Below are positions 41,061 to 51,510 of a DNA stretch of 64,000 nt, piece by piece. This DNA is from Candidatus Altimarinota bacterium (GTDB lineage Bacteria; Patescibacteriota; Gracilibacteria; JBDHUY01). Every line of letters starts with the position of its first letter. The stretch's first letter is position 1. The stretch lies in the NCBI GenBank assembly GCA_039809385.1, contig JBDHUY010000001.1, positions 64,001 to 128,000 of the forward strand. The letters run 5' to 3'. Under the pieces are notes generated by a model. It did not search any database and was not told where the DNA came from. It was given only the letters and a program-made list of their open reading frames with translations. The translations under genes and the position numbers were made by a program.

Positions 41061-42737
41061 CTACCCACCGCCCAACCGCTGAACAATCGTAACGGTACGT
41101 GGATTGGGGGAGATCGTAGTACCAAATTTGTCCCGAATATTGCCAAGCGTGAGTTTATAATGCTCTTCGGGCTGCTCGGTGACGCCGGCGAGATGAATGG
41201 TAAGGCCGCGATCTCCGCACTCGACGTCAACGACCCGGATCTGATCGGTACGGGGATCTTTGACATCAGCATCGATCAGATGGTAATTATCCGCAACCGC
41301 GCAACTTTTGATATCTATATCTTCGTTGAAATGAAGTTCTACTACCTGAAGCTCCTTAAATATCTGAAATGTCACCCGGGGCGGAATACGATCGGGATTG
41401 ATCCGCAAGGCCAGGTCGAGATCTTGATCGAGAGACGCTGTATACATAGCTAAATTATCGCGAAAATCCCAGACTTTCCCGTCCAGCACAAAATCCGCGG
41501 GAGCATGAAAACTGATTGTATACTGATCGTTCGTACCAGACTGCTTCAAGACAGTAAGTCGGTATTGCCCATCCCGCACAATCGAGTCGGGTAATACATA
41601 TGTAAATTCGATTATTGCCGAACTGCCGGGTTCGATCTGGATTTTTTTCCCGAGAAATTTATAACCGGATTCTTCCCCCTGTACGATTTCCGGATCGTTC
41701 CCGACCATCACACTGTTCTTGGGAACCAGAATTCGCACAAAGCCTTTGTACGTAAAACTGAGCGGCTCGTTATAGTCGCCGCGATGGGTCATAGCAATGG
41801 TAACGTGGGCAGTGGCTTTGTCGCCGGTATAATCAACGTCATAAGCCACTTGTCGCTGTATATAGCGGTCGGATTTCATGCCGGCCAGATTCGCCTCGAC
41901 TACCGCCAGAAAATCGCGATCCGGAGCAGTCAACGGAATCGTGGCACTCCAACCTCGGCGCTCCATCGCGTTATGTACCAGAGCGTCGGAAAAGTAGAGC
42001 TGGATATCCTTTTGATTCAGAGACTGAACGATCAACCGGGTCATTTGATGATACAGAATCGGTGAAAAAATGATTTTTTTCAGCAACGCCTGGTAGAAAT
42101 CTTTCAAAATTTCTTTGCGGTTTTTCAAATCTTCGATATTATGCCGGTCGATATTCGATACTTCGTGTTCAAGACTGGAAAAGAGCGTATGCCGATCAAA
42201 TTCCACCTCTCCGGCCCGGACCGGTCCCAGAATATCGAGCAGTTCTTCTACAACCCGAAAGTTGACCGCAATGACACCATCGATATGCTGATCCGGAAAT
42301 TTTTTCTGATAAAACCAGATCATTTGTTTGGCATTTTGGGGAAAATCAGCATACCAGTTGGCATCCTGAAACGCCCAGCCGTGGTAAAAAGGACCTTTCA
42401 GGAGGTCTTCCATCGGATAGGGCGGCTGGATATATGGGCTATTTTCGGTAGAGAGCGAAAATACATCGTTGATCTCAAAGCCGACTGGAAAACCATGCGC
42501 CATCCGTAACAGACCATACGCAGTGGTGAATCCGCCCCCGGGTCTCAGTTCGGCGTCATTTTGCAGGACGATGAGGTATTGCTTGCTGGCAAAGGGAAAT
42601 CCGGCAATCCAAGGATAATAGGGCACGAAAATACGCAAAGAATCCAGCACGAAAAAGAACCATATGAACAGGCCCAGCAATGCTCCCGCAATCACGATAA
42701 GTATTTTCGGTGTGTTCCAGAAACGTTTTTTGACCAT
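41061..42737 (-). CDS. DUF4012-like membrane-anchored protein
   Basis: YLIVLQNDAELRPGGGF, DANWYADFP, EANLAGMKSD. Confidence 0.8.
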   Translation of the reverse strand: MVKKRFWNTPKILIVIAGALLGLFIWFFFVLDSLRIFVPYYPWIAGFPFASKQYLIVLQNDAELRPGGGFTTAYGLLRMAHGFPVGFEINDVFSLSTENSPYIQPPYPMEDLLKGPFYHGWAFQDANWYADFPQNAKQMIWFYQKKFPDQHIDGVIAVNFRVVEELLDILGPVRAGEVEFDRHTLFSSLEHEVSNIDRHNIEDLKNRKEILKDFYQALLKKIIFSPILYHQMTRLIVQSLNQKDIQLYFSDALVHNAMERRGWSATIPLTAPDRDFLAVVEANLAGMKSDRYIQRQVAYDVDYTGDKATAHVTIAMTHRGDYNEPLSFTYKGFVRILVPKNSVMVGNDPEIVQGEESGYKFLGKKIQIEPGSSAIIEFTYVLPDSIVRDGQYRLTVLKQSGTNDQYTISFHAPADFVLDGKVWDFRDNLAMYTASLDQDLDLALRINPDRIPPRVTFQIFKELQVVELHFNEDIDIKSCAVADNYHLIDADVKDPRTDQIRVVDVECGDRGLTIHLAGVTEQPEEHYKLTLGNIRDKFGTTISPNPRTVTIVQRLGGG

Positions 42738-42753
42738 AGGAGAGGAAATGTCA

Positions 42754-42866
42754 TCCGCCACGGCGGACAAATGTCAAAAGAATATCAAATACTAAAATCC
42801 AAATCTAAAAGGTAATTATTTTTTTGAGCTTTGAACTTGATTTGATATTTGTCCGCCGCGGCGGAT
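42754..42866. mobile_element. MITE-like hairpin with about 25-bp inverted ends
   Basis: tccgccacggcggacaaatgtcaaa ... tttgatatttgtccgccgcggcgga (2 mismatches). Confidence 0.6.
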
Positions 42867-42934
42867 TGAACTTTGGGGGTTTGAGTTCGTAGAAATCCAA
42901 AACATACGTTACGAGCTCTCCACAAAGTGCCCGC

Positions 42935-43948
42935 TTACTGCAAGTATTTAACTTTATTTCGCTCGTGTTCCTGCAGATCCTTGGCATAATGGATCTGGCG
43001 CTCAGCATCGTGAAGATAGTACCAATACGGCGATTCCTCGGGATAAACCGAGGCTTTCAGGCTTTCAAGTCCGGGGTTAGCGATGGGGGTCGGCGGTAAG
43101 CCGTGCTTGAGACGGGTATTGTACGGATTGTTCTGATCTTTAAGATCTTGGTAGGTCAGCGGATTATACCAGTCATCTTTATAATAATGCAGCGTCGCAT
43201 CAACTCCCAAGTACCAGCGATTATCCAGGCGCTTCCACAAAATCCCGGAAACGATGGAACGTTCTTCGGCACTGACAGTTTCCCGTTCGATCAGAGAGGC
43301 CATATTGACAATATCGGCCACTGAACGGTTCTTTATATCGGCTTTCATGGGAGAAAAACGCTGCTGAAAGGTTGACAAAAGGCGGTCAATGAAGGATTGG
43401 GGCGTAAACGTGACCGGATCGACGAAATACGTACTGGGAAAAAGATAGCCTTCCAGATTACGATCCTCCCCCTGGGGTAAAAAATCGTAGTCGAACGGGC
43501 AGTTTTTTAAACAATCCAGAAATTCGTTTCCCTCTACCAATTCCAACTCTTTGAGCAAAGCATCGATCTTTTTGACCGTGTAGCCTTCCGGAATACGTAC
43601 CGATACCTGGCGTACGGTTTTACCCGTCAAGACATCGACCAGCGCCGGGATGGTATCGTTGCGATTGAGCACGAACGATCCCGATTTGAGAGCCTGGTCG
43701 GCATTCTTTTCTTTGATATAGCGCAGAAATACCCAGTCGGCCACGACCACGCGGTTAGTCACCAGCCGTTCGGCGATCTGCTTAGCAGATTCGCCTTTTT
43801 TGATCACGAAAGAGACCGGTTCGCTTTCATCGGAAACGCTTTGAGATAACATCTCTTTATACTGGGCCTCGCTTCTATACCAGTAGGTCCCGACACCAGC
43901 CACTACGAGGATGACGATAATACCAGCAAATAACAGTGATTTTTTCAT
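42935..43948 (-). CDS. mltG: endolytic transglycosylase MltG
   Basis: IPEG, LEGYLFPSTY, ASLIERE, PYNTR...GLPPTPIANPG. Confidence 0.93.
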   Translation of the reverse strand: MKKSLLFAGIIVILVVAGVGTYWYRSEAQYKEMLSQSVSDESEPVSFVIKKGESAKQIAERLVTNRVVVADWVFLRYIKEKNADQALKSGSFVLNRNDTIPALVDVLTGKTVRQVSVRIPEGYTVKKIDALLKELELVEGNEFLDCLKNCPFDYDFLPQGEDRNLEGYLFPSTYFVDPVTFTPQSFIDRLLSTFQQRFSPMKADIKNRSVADIVNMASLIERETVSAEERSIVSGILWKRLDNRWYLGVDATLHYYKDDWYNPLTYQDLKDQNNPYNTRLKHGLPPTPIANPGLESLKASVYPEESPYWYYLHDAERQIHYAKDLQEHERNKVKYLQ

Positions 43949-44077
43949 AGAATACTCCAGGGATAGAAACCTTCTTACTGTCTTTATTTATCAAGCATGC
44001 AGAAGGGTGCTATCACGAGCAACCTGTATGCTGTATGCTTTATGACTTTATAAACTTTACGGACTTTCAACTCATCT

Positions 44078-44374
44078 CTACATCCCCGGAAATCCAAGAT
44101 CCCCCATCACACCTTTCATCTCTTCCGCGGCAATTTTCTGGGCTTTTTCGATGGCACGGTTCAGCGAATCTTTGATAGCCGAGGTAAGCCGGCCTTCATG
44201 CTGCATCAAAGATTTATCGACAATCTCGATCGAGACCACTTTCATCTCTCCGTCCACCACGACCTTGACCCCGCCATGTTCGGATTCAATATGCGTTTGT
44301 TGCAATTTTTTCTTGGCCTCGCGAGCCTGTTTTTGAAGCTTGTACATATCCCCCATTTTTCCTAAGAACGACAT
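44078..44374 (-). CDS. ybaB: YbaB/EbfC nucleoid-associated protein
   Basis: GGVKVVVDGEMKVVSIEI...NRAIEKAQ. Confidence 0.85.
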   Translation of the reverse strand: MSFLGKMGDMYKLQKQAREAKKKLQQTHIESEHGGVKVVVDGEMKVVSIEIVDKSLMQHEGRLTSAIKDSLNRAIEKAQKIAAEEMKGVMGDLGFPGM

Positions 44375-44439
44375 ACGAACAATAATTTATAAGCTAAAAG
44401 AAGCAGACCTATTGTAAAGAAGAGACCGCGAAAGGTCAA

Positions 44440-44883
44440 CTAACCGTTTTTGACCCTTTCCAGTACCAGACAGGCAAACATGATTTGTAGCTCGGTTTGC
44501 TTACGGAGTTTTCTGATTTGCTCGCGCCCATCCTGAAATTGCTTGATATCTAGAAGCAGGCGTTGTTTTTCCATTTGAAGATCCTCATGAGTAATACCGG
44601 TTTCCCGGTAACAACGTTTTGAATCATTTTGATATTTGGCGTAAATAATATCGATAATTTTTATTTTATCTTGATAACGCAGGATTTCTCCTTCGTAACT
44701 GGTACATTCCTCTTCGTCCAGGATCCGCTCCAGTCGCTCATTCTGAAGATTATACAAATACCGGTTCAGATAAAACCAAACCATATACCGCCATTGATCT
44801 TTTGCGGCAGGGAATTTCCACATTTTCTTGAATGCCCGCGGAGAATCAACAAAAACAGATGGTAATTCAGAGCGGGGATACAT
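44440..44883 (-). CDS. hypothetical protein
   Basis: 147-aa ORF abutting the upstream gene. Confidence 0.6.
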   Translation of the reverse strand: MYPRSELPSVFVDSPRAFKKMWKFPAAKDQWRYMVWFYLNRYLYNLQNERLERILDEEECTSYEGEILRYQDKIKIIDIIYAKYQNDSKRCYRETGITHEDLQMEKQRLLLDIKQFQDGREQIRKLRKQTELQIMFACLVLERVKNG

Positions 44884-44885
44884 AG

Positions 44886-46301
44886 TTACTGGAGTGAATT
44901 AAACCCAATATCTAGAGACTCAAATGTAATTTCTGAAGCAAGTTTTTCAAGATCTTGAGGTGTAGTACTCAGCAAATCAAGCATAATAATACTATGCGGG
45001 TCGTCAGATGAACTAAAGAGACTACTATAACGATTTTCCCCAACCTGATCGGGATTCTCAAACAGGATTAGTTCGGGAAATCGTTTGACCAGTAACGTCT
45101 CAAAGATCTCTTCAAACTGTTGCCGATCAACATCGGAATCAAATACAAACGCCACAACCATCAAGGATTCCTGGCCACGTTCCAAAAGTTGTACCCGACC
45201 TCCATCCCATCCCTCTGCCACCCTATGGGCATCTTCTCCAGGGATAAATTGCTCCAACCAGGTTCGCAATTCAAATTCGCCCAAGGAAAATGATATTTTG
45301 GTCTTCCAATCGGGCAAACCTGAAACATCGATCATTATATTTTGAGGAATGTCCTTCGCATACTTTTCCGGATGCAGGATCTGTTCGGTTGACAGCGGCG
45401 GATTGGCAAACAGTTCTTCGATCCTGGAAAAACCCGAACGAAGCTGGAAGAATTGCGTAAATGCCAGCCCCTCTTCATAGGGAAACAACAACGTTTTTTG
45501 CAGGTAGGGCGGCGAGCTGTTCAAAACGTCGGAGCTGCCGAAAAAAGACCGCGCCGTGGAAGTAATCCCGGCATCCAGCAAGGTAAAAGGATGCCGCAGA
45601 CCGTAGTGAACCATTACTAACGTAGCATCGCCTTCGGCCAAGGCTTTGACCGCCGAAGCGACATCGTCAAGTCCTCTATCGGCGAAATCTCCCATGCGGG
45701 TAAATAAATCCGGCTGATATTGGTCGCGAAGCGCGTGCGTCAGTTCGTGGGCAATGATAATATCTTTTTCGGCCTCGGTCATTTTGTTCTGTCCTTCGAT
45801 GACAAACATAGTTTTCTTTTCTGTATCGTACAACCCGGCCACCTGCTCGGTCAGAAGCTGTTGAACGCTCTGTTTGAAATCAAACCCTTGCGGGAGTAAG
45901 CCGAGACGCTGATATACCTGCTGATACAACATAAATTTCTCGTCGCTCATATCTTTAGAAAGTTCCTCATCGAGAAAGACCTGTAATTCGGTCTGCGTCA
46001 TGACCCGAAAAGGTACGTCGCTTTTGAATTTCAACCCAGTGATCTCTTCCACTTCGCGTTTGAGTGCCTCCTGACGTTTGGTATCCTGTTCCAGAGGCAG
46101 GACGGGTGGCTGCGATAACTGATCGACCGTCGCTCGAAGTTGCGTATTCTCCTGTTGTACATGATCAAAAGAAACTTGGAGTTGCTTATGTTGTTCCCGT
46201 AAACCGGCATAATCAGCTTTCATTTGAAATAGCAGAACTACAGTCACCAGCTGACTTGAAAGTACGACCAAGGCAAAGAACAGAAGCCACAATCGTTTCA
46301 T
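44886..46301 (-). CDS. membrane-anchored putative zinc metallopeptidase
   Basis: AGLYD, AHELTHALRDQ (HExxH), ALAEGDA, FPYEEG, STEQILHP. Confidence 0.8.
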   Translation of the reverse strand: MKRLWLLFFALVVLSSQLVTVVLLFQMKADYAGLREQHKQLQVSFDHVQQENTQLRATVDQLSQPPVLPLEQDTKRQEALKREVEEITGLKFKSDVPFRVMTQTELQVFLDEELSKDMSDEKFMLYQQVYQRLGLLPQGFDFKQSVQQLLTEQVAGLYDTEKKTMFVIEGQNKMTEAEKDIIIAHELTHALRDQYQPDLFTRMGDFADRGLDDVASAVKALAEGDATLVMVHYGLRHPFTLLDAGITSTARSFFGSSDVLNSSPPYLQKTLLFPYEEGLAFTQFFQLRSGFSRIEELFANPPLSTEQILHPEKYAKDIPQNIMIDVSGLPDWKTKISFSLGEFELRTWLEQFIPGEDAHRVAEGWDGGRVQLLERGQESLMVVAFVFDSDVDRQQFEEIFETLLVKRFPELILFENPDQVGENRYSSLFSSSDDPHSIIMLDLLSTTPQDLEKLASEITFESLDIGFNSLQ

Positions 46302-46552
46302 AAGGGAGCACAGTATTTAGGTATTTAGTATCGAGTATCTGGTAGTATTAGCAATAAATTTCAAGAAATCTCCATACATTACGATAAATATTCACATGAA
46401 CAACCACTAAGTACTTTGTACCAGGTACTACTATCCCCCTCCCGCCAGCATACGATTTCATTTTCCGGAAGTCAAACCGCAAACCGACTTGAAAAAAAGT
46501 CCAAAAAAACGTATGGTCATTTTGGTTTCTGCCTTAATCTTACACCTCTTTT

Positions 46553-46822
46553 ATGCGCTACCAATTTCTCCTCGGTTTGTCAGTATTATTCCTGATAACC
46601 GGCTGCGGTCAGGGCACTAGCCCCCGGAATGCCAATACGCCACTCCCCCTGCCCCAGCAAAACGTCAATACGATATCGTCCGCTACCAACGCCTCAACAC
46701 CGAATAAAGCGTCAACCGAGACCGATATCAAAGATATTCAGGCACTGAGCCAAAAATTGCAAGATGCCTCCCGCCAGGGAGACAGTTTTGATATGGATAC
46801 CGCTCTTTCAGATGAGAATTAA
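46553..46822 (+). CDS. small lipoprotein
   Basis: Lipobox ITGC. Confidence 0.7.
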   Translation: MRYQFLLGLSVLFLITGCGQGTSPRNANTPLPLPQQNVNTISSATNASTPNKASTETDIKDIQALSQKLQDASRQGDSFDMDTALSDEN

Positions 46823-46869
46823 TCTTTGAATTCAGCCTGCCGGCTGCTTATTTTCTTAATTCCGATTAT

Positions 46870-47670
46870 ATGAAAAAAATAGTATCAACATTGCTCCTGC
46901 TTGTGTTCTTCGGGACGTCTTATACCATCAGTTTCGCTCACAGCCACGATACCGTGGCTACGGAAAACAAATCCCGTACCGAGAAAGAGACTGTGGCCTC
47001 ACCGAGCACGACAAGCCATGAGGAAAAGGACAAAATGATGGAAGATGCGCACGAAAAATCCGATAATAAAAACCGGAACGTTGTCTCCCGTCCGACCGTA
47101 GACCCGGAGAATTACGAGGAACTGAAAAGCAGTATCGATCAACGAATTACCAAAGCGATCGGCAAACTTGACCAGGCTATTGCCAAAATCAACAACAATG
47201 CGAAATTATCCCCGGTAACCAAAAACGAACTGATCCAGATCCTTACTGCGGTAAAGAACAAGCTGGTCAGTTATCAGACCCAGCTCGGCGCTACGACGAA
47301 TTTACAGGAACTACAGACGCTCAATCAGACAGTACGGACATATTTAAAAGAAAATAAAGATATTATCCGCGATACGCTGATTCAGGCGATCACGGTAATC
47401 ACAGACGAAGCCACCGCCACTTCGGAAGCACTGAAAATGAAGGTAGAGCAATTGTTGAAAGTGCTGAAAGTAACCTGCCCCAGTCAAAAAGACAATATAG
47501 CGACGCTCGAATCCTTACTGCAATCGCTTTCAGCCGAAACCGAAGAGCTAAAAGAATACCTCAAAGACAAGAATGTATCCGAAGTACGCAGCGTGTTACA
47601 CGAGCTGGCCGATATCTCTATGGCAATCGTTAAAACGGCGACTGAGATCCAACAAGCGTGCCTTAGCTGA
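46870..47670 (+). CDS. secreted helical/coiled-coil protein
   Basis: Signal peptide and heptad-rich body. Confidence 0.75.
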   Translation: MKKIVSTLLLLVFFGTSYTISFAHSHDTVATENKSRTEKETVASPSTTSHEEKDKMMEDAHEKSDNKNRNVVSRPTVDPENYEELKSSIDQRITKAIGKLDQAIAKINNNAKLSPVTKNELIQILTAVKNKLVSYQTQLGATTNLQELQTLNQTVRTYLKENKDIIRDTLIQAITVITDEATATSEALKMKVEQLLKVLKVTCPSQKDNIATLESLLQSLSAETEELKEYLKDKNVSEVRSVLHELADISMAIVKTATEIQQACLS

Positions 47671-47706
47671 CTTTTTACCTTTTCACGTCCTCGCCTTCCT
47701 TTTGCT

Positions 47707-48552
47707 ATGAAAAAAATAAGCCTACTGCCGATAGCGTTTCTGCTGATCCTGTCAGCTTGTTCTACCCCGCCGCCAGAAAACAAGAGTACCAGCCTGGGAG
47801 TGGCACCCGCCACTTTTATGAACGGGAACAGTTCCGAATTTATCCCGATTGTCGAGAATCAAAACAGCTCGACTTCCAACACGAACGGCAGCGACAACAA
47901 TGCAAATGGGAATCCGGACGAAACGACGAATCAAAACGGCAATGGCTCGTCTAATAGCAATGAGACAACGGTCTTAGCCACCCCGAGCAGTATCGATCCG
48001 GTTTTGCTCAATCCGCACGAAACCGCCTTTGATTGTAAAACGCTGTCGGTCTACGAAACGATGGATTTTTACAGCAAATTTCTAGCAAAACTGGAAAGCC
48101 TGCCACGCTACTCGACGCATGATATAAAAATACTGTCTGGGCAAGCGACCACCGACCCAACGGCTCTCAATAAAAAACTGAACGGACGCGAAGACCGCGG
48201 GTTTATTACTTCCGCCTGTCTGGCCAAAGACCAGTCGATCTTTGTAGCGGTCATCAAAGGCGATGACGGGAGCAATTTGGGATTTAAGCTCGTACGCTAT
48301 ATTCTGGCCCGGGATGTCGTGGAAGTGGCGGGACGGGAAGACGAGCGCAACGCCACGCACTGGAAATTCTTTCCCAGCACTTTTGGCAAAAGGACCGGCA
48401 ATAGCTTAAGTCTAAACGCCACCGGACGTGAAGGCGAGACCCGTATTTCGATGATCTATGCGTATAACTACGTGACCAACGATCTGCGCGTCGCGGAGTA
48501 TTGCAAGCAGGTCGGAAGCGGGAAAAAAGAATGTGCTGGGTATCCGTACTAG
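47707..48552 (+). CDS. lipoprotein
   Basis: Lipobox LSAC, N/S-rich linker. Confidence 0.75.
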   Translation: MKKISLLPIAFLLILSACSTPPPENKSTSLGVAPATFMNGNSSEFIPIVENQNSSTSNTNGSDNNANGNPDETTNQNGNGSSNSNETTVLATPSSIDPVLLNPHETAFDCKTLSVYETMDFYSKFLAKLESLPRYSTHDIKILSGQATTDPTALNKKLNGREDRGFITSACLAKDQSIFVAVIKGDDGSNLGFKLVRYILARDVVEVAGREDERNATHWKFFPSTFGKRTGNSLSLNATGREGETRISMIYAYNYVTNDLRVAEYCKQVGSGKKECAGYPY

Positions 48553-48756
48553 ACTCTCTGGAAAAACACAGGAGTCCCTCGTATTATTTAATCATTTTTG
48601 GAAATTGTTTTTATCCCTTCGATAAAATAGATCAACTAAATTTAGATTAAACATAAAATAAAGATAAAATTTAACAATTTATTATATCCTTCGCTTTTCA
48701 AAGAGAGCAACAGGGTGTATTATTAAATCCCCTTTTATGAATTAATAGCTTAATAT

Positions 48757-48972
48757 ATGAATGATGAAGCATTAATCAATAAGGTAAATCAATTGCAAAA
48801 AACAAATTCAAGAATTGCTTCGGCTATGGAAATTTTTAGAAATGCACAAAAAATCTATGAAGAATCAATAGAGACAATCAATCCATACCGAAGAACTATA
48901 GTAAAAGGTAGCTACTCGAGTTCGATATCTACAAAAGATTATCATGCAAATATTTCAACAACTACTCAATGA
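48757..48972 (+). CDS. small hypothetical protein, low GC
   Basis: 71 aa, overlaps the start of the protease gene. Confidence 0.55.
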   Translation: MNDEALINKVNQLQKTNSRIASAMEIFRNAQKIYEESIETINPYRRTIVKGSYSSSISTKDYHANISTTTQ

Positions 48973-49897
48973 GTTAGACCAAAAAGAACCAAGCGAACAA
49001 CTTGAATTCATTCATAAATTTAGGAAACAAGCCATTGCTGATATCGTTAATATTACCCAGCGCGGTCTTATAGTATACGTTTCAGATTTTAAGAAGAATC
49101 TACCTCCACAATTTGGTATTACAAACTCAATAACATGGGAAGACAAAACTTGTTTTGCTGATATAGTGAACGATTTTTCAACCAGAGACATAGACATCTT
49201 TATCCATAGTCCAGGCGGATCGGCAGAAGCAACAGAATTACTTGTATCATTGTTAAGAGCAAAATTCGACAGTGTCCGTTTTATTATTCCGAATATGGCA
49301 AAGAGTGCAGCTACTATGATGGCACTATCCGGAGATGAAATTCTAATGGATGAAAAATCCGAACTGGGACCTATTGATCCTCAGATTCAGATTAATGGCA
49401 ATTTTGTTCCGGCGCAGACTTTAATTGACGGATTTGAAGAAGCAAAAGAAATAATTAGGAGTAGTGGACCTGAAATACTACCGGCATATTTACCAATGCT
49501 CAATAAATATGATCTACATATTCTACAGATTTGTAAAAACGCAAAAACATTATCGGAAACACTAGTAGGTAATTGGTTAAGTGAGTATATGTTTAAAAGT
49601 GAAGAGGATGCTCAAGAGATATCTCAGAGTATCGCAAGAAAGTTGTCTAACCATACCGAATATCTATCTCATGGGAGACCAATTAAGATTCAAGATGCTT
49701 TAAAGCTAGGTCTAAAAATATTAGATTTGAGAGAACAAAATGAACTACGAGATAAAATTTGGAGCTTATATTGTGTAATTGAATTACTATTAGATCGTAC
49801 ACCGGTGATTAAGCTTTACGAAAATAGTGTAGGTGCGTTTCTTATCAAGCAAATTCCTATTCAAATTCCACAGCAAAATACTGGGCAAAAGAATTGA
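48944..49897 (+). CDS. ClpP/crotonase-fold SDH-like serine protease
   Basis: IHSPGGS, AKSAATMMALSGDEI, SELGPIDPQ, SHGRPI. Confidence 0.85.
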   Translation: MQIFQQLLNELDQKEPSEQLEFIHKFRKQAIADIVNITQRGLIVYVSDFKKNLPPQFGITNSITWEDKTCFADIVNDFSTRDIDIFIHSPGGSAEATELLVSLLRAKFDSVRFIIPNMAKSAATMMALSGDEILMDEKSELGPIDPQIQINGNFVPAQTLIDGFEEAKEIIRSSGPEILPAYLPMLNKYDLHILQICKNAKTLSETLVGNWLSEYMFKSEEDAQEISQSIARKLSNHTEYLSHGRPIKIQDALKLGLKILDLREQNELRDKIWSLYCVIELLLDRTPVIKLYENSVGAFLIKQIPIQIPQQNTGQKN

Positions 49898-49941
49898 AAG
49901 AATCTCTTGCTCATTTTTAGATTCATCAGCCATCTCCTTCT

Positions 49942-49971
49942 GAGGCAGTCATTTTGACTGCCTCTTTTTTT
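49942..49971 (+). terminator. intrinsic terminator
   Basis: gaggcagtca-ttt-tgactgcctc followed by T7. Confidence 0.85.
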
Positions 49972-50320
49972 CGTAGCGTCCGTTGATGCAATGAATTTCA
50001 AAGCATTTTTCCATCACAACACATTTTCGGTTTGAAAACCATTAAAAATCAAAGACGAAGATTCATCGTGAATAAGTAACGCTCCAGACAAGATTGTCCT
50101 TTTCGATATTGGAAAGTACGCGAAACTGTTATGGTTTTAATCGAGACAATTGACCCCACGAGCAACTATTTGTCGGAGAGCAAATATTCTTCTTTTCTCT
50201 TCAGCGAAATATAAAAAAATCTGATCAGTATTTTTCTGAATCAGTTGATAAAAATGCATGCGAGACATTTTCTTTCTAATTTAGAAGATTTTTATCTTTT
50301 TATGATATGTTTCTTGACCA

Positions 50321-50386
50321 TGGAGAATATGTTTCAAATGGAAAAATAATCATGCCTACGACGTATCTATCGTCGATTATCATTAA
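50321..50386 (+). pseudogene. higB: C-terminal remnant of a HigB (RelE-like) toxin
   Basis: WRICFKWKNNHAYDVSIVDYH*, preceded in frame by TGA, 15 bp upstream of higA. Confidence 0.8.
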
Positions 50387-50401
50387 AACGCTTGAACGTA
50401 T

Positions 50402-50740
50402 ATGAAAAAAATTACTCCGATCCACCCGGGCGAAATACTTTTGGAAGAGTTTCTGCGCCCTCTTACTCTTACTGCTTATCGTTTGGCCCTCGACATCGGA
50501 GTAACTCCCCGACGTATCGGAGAGATTCTCCAGGGCAAAAGAGCGATAACCGCGGATTCGGCACTACGATTGGTAAAGTACTTCGGTATGTCGGAACAAT
50601 TCTGAATTCACCTTCAGATAAACTACGATCGAGAAATCTTCAGGTTTTCACAGGCAGAAGTATTTGTTTCAAAAATAAATATATACCGGCCAAAAATTCA
50701 AGAAAAAGAACATATACATAATATACGGCAGAAGAATTGA
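50402..50740 (+). pseudogene. higA: HigA antitoxin with an in-frame TGA at the conserved Trp
   Basis: PIHPGEILLEEFL...ALRLVKYFGMSEQF*IHLQINYD (family pattern FW.nLQ..YD). Confidence 0.85.
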
Positions 50741-50758
50741 ACGGACTTCGATGGCAAC

Positions 50759-51370
50759 TTACTCATTCCACGGCACGATCGTCAATTTTGGCCAGATCTT
50801 GATCCAGCGATTCACTTTGGCCTGATAAATATCTGCGGTGATCTTGCGTTTATTGGGACGGACGGTGAGGTTAAAAAGATCCTCCAGCCCAAACGGAGCG
50901 TAAACGACGAAATTGCCCTTCTCGTCATAACGAACTCCCAGCGAGGTAGCAGTCGTCGGCCATTCGTCGATCGCCGCTTCGACGGAAGGGTACGGATTGA
51001 TCTTTTTACCGAATTTGTTTTCGTACCAGAGATGGACGCGCGCCTGATTGCGTATTTCGACCGGAAAACCGATATGGCTAAAAAGCTCATTGGCTTTTTG
51101 AATATACACATCTTCGGCCTCGTACGAGAGATCCGAAGCGTCGTAATAGACCAGATCGGCATCCCGGATCCCGCGAGACAACTCAAAATCGTGCCGAAAA
51201 TTCCACACCGTCTGGGCAATCGAACCAGCCCCGAGATACCAGCTCGACATGCCCAGCAGGGGCGCTTTTTGGAGGATCTCGGTAATCTGTTCGTTTCGAG
51301 CTAAGATCGCTTCAAGTTCGGCTATCTGAGGCAGAGATTCGGAGTGTTTAAGAGGTTTCATACAGAACAA
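50759..51370 (-). CDS. nucleotidyltransferase (DUF925/NTP_transf_6-like)
   Basis: WYLGAGSIAQTVWN, DADLVYYD, NQARVHLW, APFGLEDLF. Confidence 0.85.
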   Translation of the reverse strand: MFCMKPLKHSESLPQIAELEAILARNEQITEILQKAPLLGMSSWYLGAGSIAQTVWNFRHDFELSRGIRDADLVYYDASDLSYEAEDVYIQKANELFSHIGFPVEIRNQARVHLWYENKFGKKINPYPSVEAAIDEWPTTATSLGVRYDEKGNFVVYAPFGLEDLFNLTVRPNKRKITADIYQAKVNRWIKIWPKLTIVPWNE

Positions 51371-51510
51371 AACAAATCAATAATTGATATAGTTAACCTA
51401 TCGGCTGAGAAAAATAAGGTCTGCTTTTTGGATCAATCCGTTAGAAGACATAGGATAGAATCAAGCGCACCCACTGTCAACTTAGATTGTCAAAGATATA
51501 AAGAACTCCT

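Noticed and set aside
50603-50605. In-frame TGA in higA as evidence of UGA recoding (code 25 or code 4)
   Set aside because: Long conserved genes have no internal TGA and several genes (tsaD, SGNH 8923, protease 49897) end in TGA, so a nonsense mutation is simpler
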